A stretch of DNA of 64,000 nt. Source: Patescibacteria group bacterium (lineage in GTDB: Bacteria; Patescibacteriota; Patescibacteriia; UBA2591; JAQUPP01). A program made the translations under genes and the position numbers. Position 1 is the stretch's first letter. The number at the start of each line of letters is the position of its first letter. Under the pieces are notes generated by a model. It made no database searches. It had not been told where the DNA came from and saw nothing but the letters and a program-made list of their open reading frames with translations. Of this stretch, positions 63,211 to 64,000 are shown one piece after another. The stretch spans positions 555,073 to 619,072 of the forward strand of contig JAQUPP010000001.1 in NCBI GenBank assembly GCA_028716665.1, read 5' to 3'.

Positions 63211-64000
63211 CTGTAATCAATTGAGGTTGATTCGTTGTTGTTCGCGTCTTTGGACTTGACTCTGAAATGATAAGTTTGATCATTGGTCAAGTCAGTCAGA
63301 TGAATAACATGTTGAATTGTTAATCCGGAATCAATATCTGTGATTGTTCCATAATCAGTGGTAGATCCGTATTCCATTTGGCTGGTTGCCAATTCGTCGG
63401 TTTTCCAAGTAATGGTGGCCGTGTAAGCAGTGGCGGCCGAAGAAATGCTGCTGATTACGGGCGCGGATTGATCATCAGCAGTGGTGAAATAATAATAGAC
63501 GCCTTGGTTGTCGGAACGGCTGACATTGTCCAGAGCATCCGTTGATTCCACGTAAAAATAATAGATAACGTTAGGATAAAGACTTACCAAATCCACCGAA
63601 TGAGTGGTGGTTAAAACCGCGTCTGTCTTGGTTTGAGGATTTGAAAGATTAGCCGAACTTGAATAAACAACTTTGGAATCTGAATTTGAATTAGTAGACC
63701 ATTTGATGGTTGCTGTTTCATTAACCACACTGGCCACATAAACATTTGAAATAATTGAACCTAATTTAGTAGTTAAAGAATAACCGACTCCGCCATTATT
63801 ATCAGTTTGAGTATTGGTTGAAAAATCAGTTGACTTGACTCGGAAATAATAAATAGTGCCCGGAGTGAGATCAGTGATGACCAAAGAGTGGCTGATAACC
63901 ATTGAAGTGGAATTTTTGCTTAAAGAATAAACTCCCTGCGTAGCTGAATATTCCACGGTTGAATCGCTTAACTCATTGGTGGTCCAAGTGATTGTCGCTT
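61368..64000 (-). CDS. Giant surface protein paralog, 5'-truncated by the window edge. The visible portion is Fn3-like array plus the conserved C-terminal module, collinear with the C-terminal 870 aa of ORF2.
   Basis: The visible 862 aa align end-to-end with the ORF2 C-terminus. The frame remains open to nt 64000 and the track's Met at 63956 lies inside an Fn3 domain. Confidence 0.75.
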   Translation of the reverse strand, partial: ATITWTTNELSDSTVEYSATQGVYSLSKNSTSMVISHSLVITDLTPGTIYYFRVKSTDFSTNTQTDNNGGVGYSLTTKLGSIISNVYVASVVNETATIKWSTNSNSDSKVVYSSSANLSNPQTKTDAVLTTTHSVDLVSLYPNVIYYFYVESTDALDNVSRSDNQGVYYYFTTADDQSAPVISSISSAATAYTATITWKTDELATSQMEYGSTTDYGTITDIDSGLTIQHVIHLTDLTNDQTYHFRVKSKDANNNESTSIDYSFVTTQEAEPVDATAPVISEVNSYTTETIGTITWKTDDSATSQIEYGSTTAYGTSTTLNSTLTVEHVVRLTDLTSNQLYHYRIKSKNLADLETISQDYTLTPQYVSQEVRVINAGGGSTTIKDEIPPIVSNIKVSDIKETSAVIAWTTDEKATSLIDYGLTAAYTNTAHDGLSTLATTHQVTLSNLTKGAVYHYQVLSQDSSSNLRRSSDAIFTTLGGIIPVTPTPENQNPSTPTSSEGEGESTVITPVNSVDQNFITAMEEAKSLSSQVTAPVLESAFQDILDTLKDITPGPVIEKNPVIEVSATEAIIRWETNKRSNSMIAFVKASDFDKNKSEPYSQVVGQSNEHQLTHGVRIINLTPSTEYYFQTRSKGLIGSETKSKQYNFKTASQVPEVITFSIKDVSARAATFDWQTNIPTNSQVKYIPYRNNKISSGEAQTVNKSEFNTTHEIMIKNFAPGTTYNISLEGKDSEGNNYSFLIPNFTTVKDNTSPIIFQIRTSVALSSRGDEVQTIITWNTDEPANSQFEYQVGFANDAPIIQMAKDITLKQDHLIVVTSFKPGSIYRFRVISEDSSGNRAQSITNTLLTPQKRMTVTELIFKNFQQTFGWMKGMGK

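Noticed and set aside
1-64000. CRISPR array or tRNA/rRNA genes
   Set aside because: Every tandem repeat examined is either protein-coding (LVIVD, Kelch and Fn3 units) or a two-copy intergenic repeat without regular spacers. No cloverleaf-compatible sequence with T-loop or anticodon-arm signatures was seen in any intergenic region inspected by eye. A tRNAscan or Infernal run would be needed to be definitive.

Overview
The window is AT-rich and gene-dense. Genes are short and tightly packed, Shine-Dalgarno sites are rare, tsaB is truncated, the pathways present are salvage-type, and surface proteins are enormous. Together these suggest, by inference only, a reduced-genome bacterium of the Patescibacteria/CPR type.

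The outer ends of the window hold three paralogous giant surface-protein genes:
- ORF1 runs 1..11928 on the + strand and is truncated at the 5' end by the window edge.
- ORF2 runs 53355..61295 on the - strand.
- ORF3 runs 61368..64000 on the - strand and is truncated at the 5' end by the window edge.
All three share a 3' module about 1.8 kb long, roughly 90% identical at the nucleotide level, made of three Fn3-like domains plus a distinctive C-terminal tail. The ORF1 copy is in inverted orientation relative to the ORF2 and ORF3 copies, so the copies bracket a roughly 41 kb block of housekeeping genes. Upstream of the shared module the proteins combine LVIVD beta-propeller repeats, Kelch repeats, a glycine-rich domain, DUF2341-like and LamG-like modules, and long Fn3 arrays.

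The interior contains:
- tsaB, rpe, fmt, tkt, gltX, ychF, a P-type ATPase, ldcA, a cyclophilin, an M23 peptidase and an FtsQ-like gene;
- a complete NAD salvage island, with NrtR-like regulator, pnuC, nadR, nadK, pncB and pncA, and an unexplained radical-SAM plus PLP-fold-like gene pair embedded in it;
- a presenilin/SPP-type intramembrane protease homolog;
- several small repeat elements: a MITE-like 140 bp element with 21 bp terminal inverted repeats in two copies; a GIY-YIG gene remnant flanked by perfect 20 bp terminal inverted repeats; a conserved sequence 'frame' seen twice around different inserts; and a 35 bp DNA segment shared by two unrelated genes.

I did not identify any convincing tRNA, rRNA or CRISPR array. 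All calls rest on motif recognition by eye; no database searches were run.
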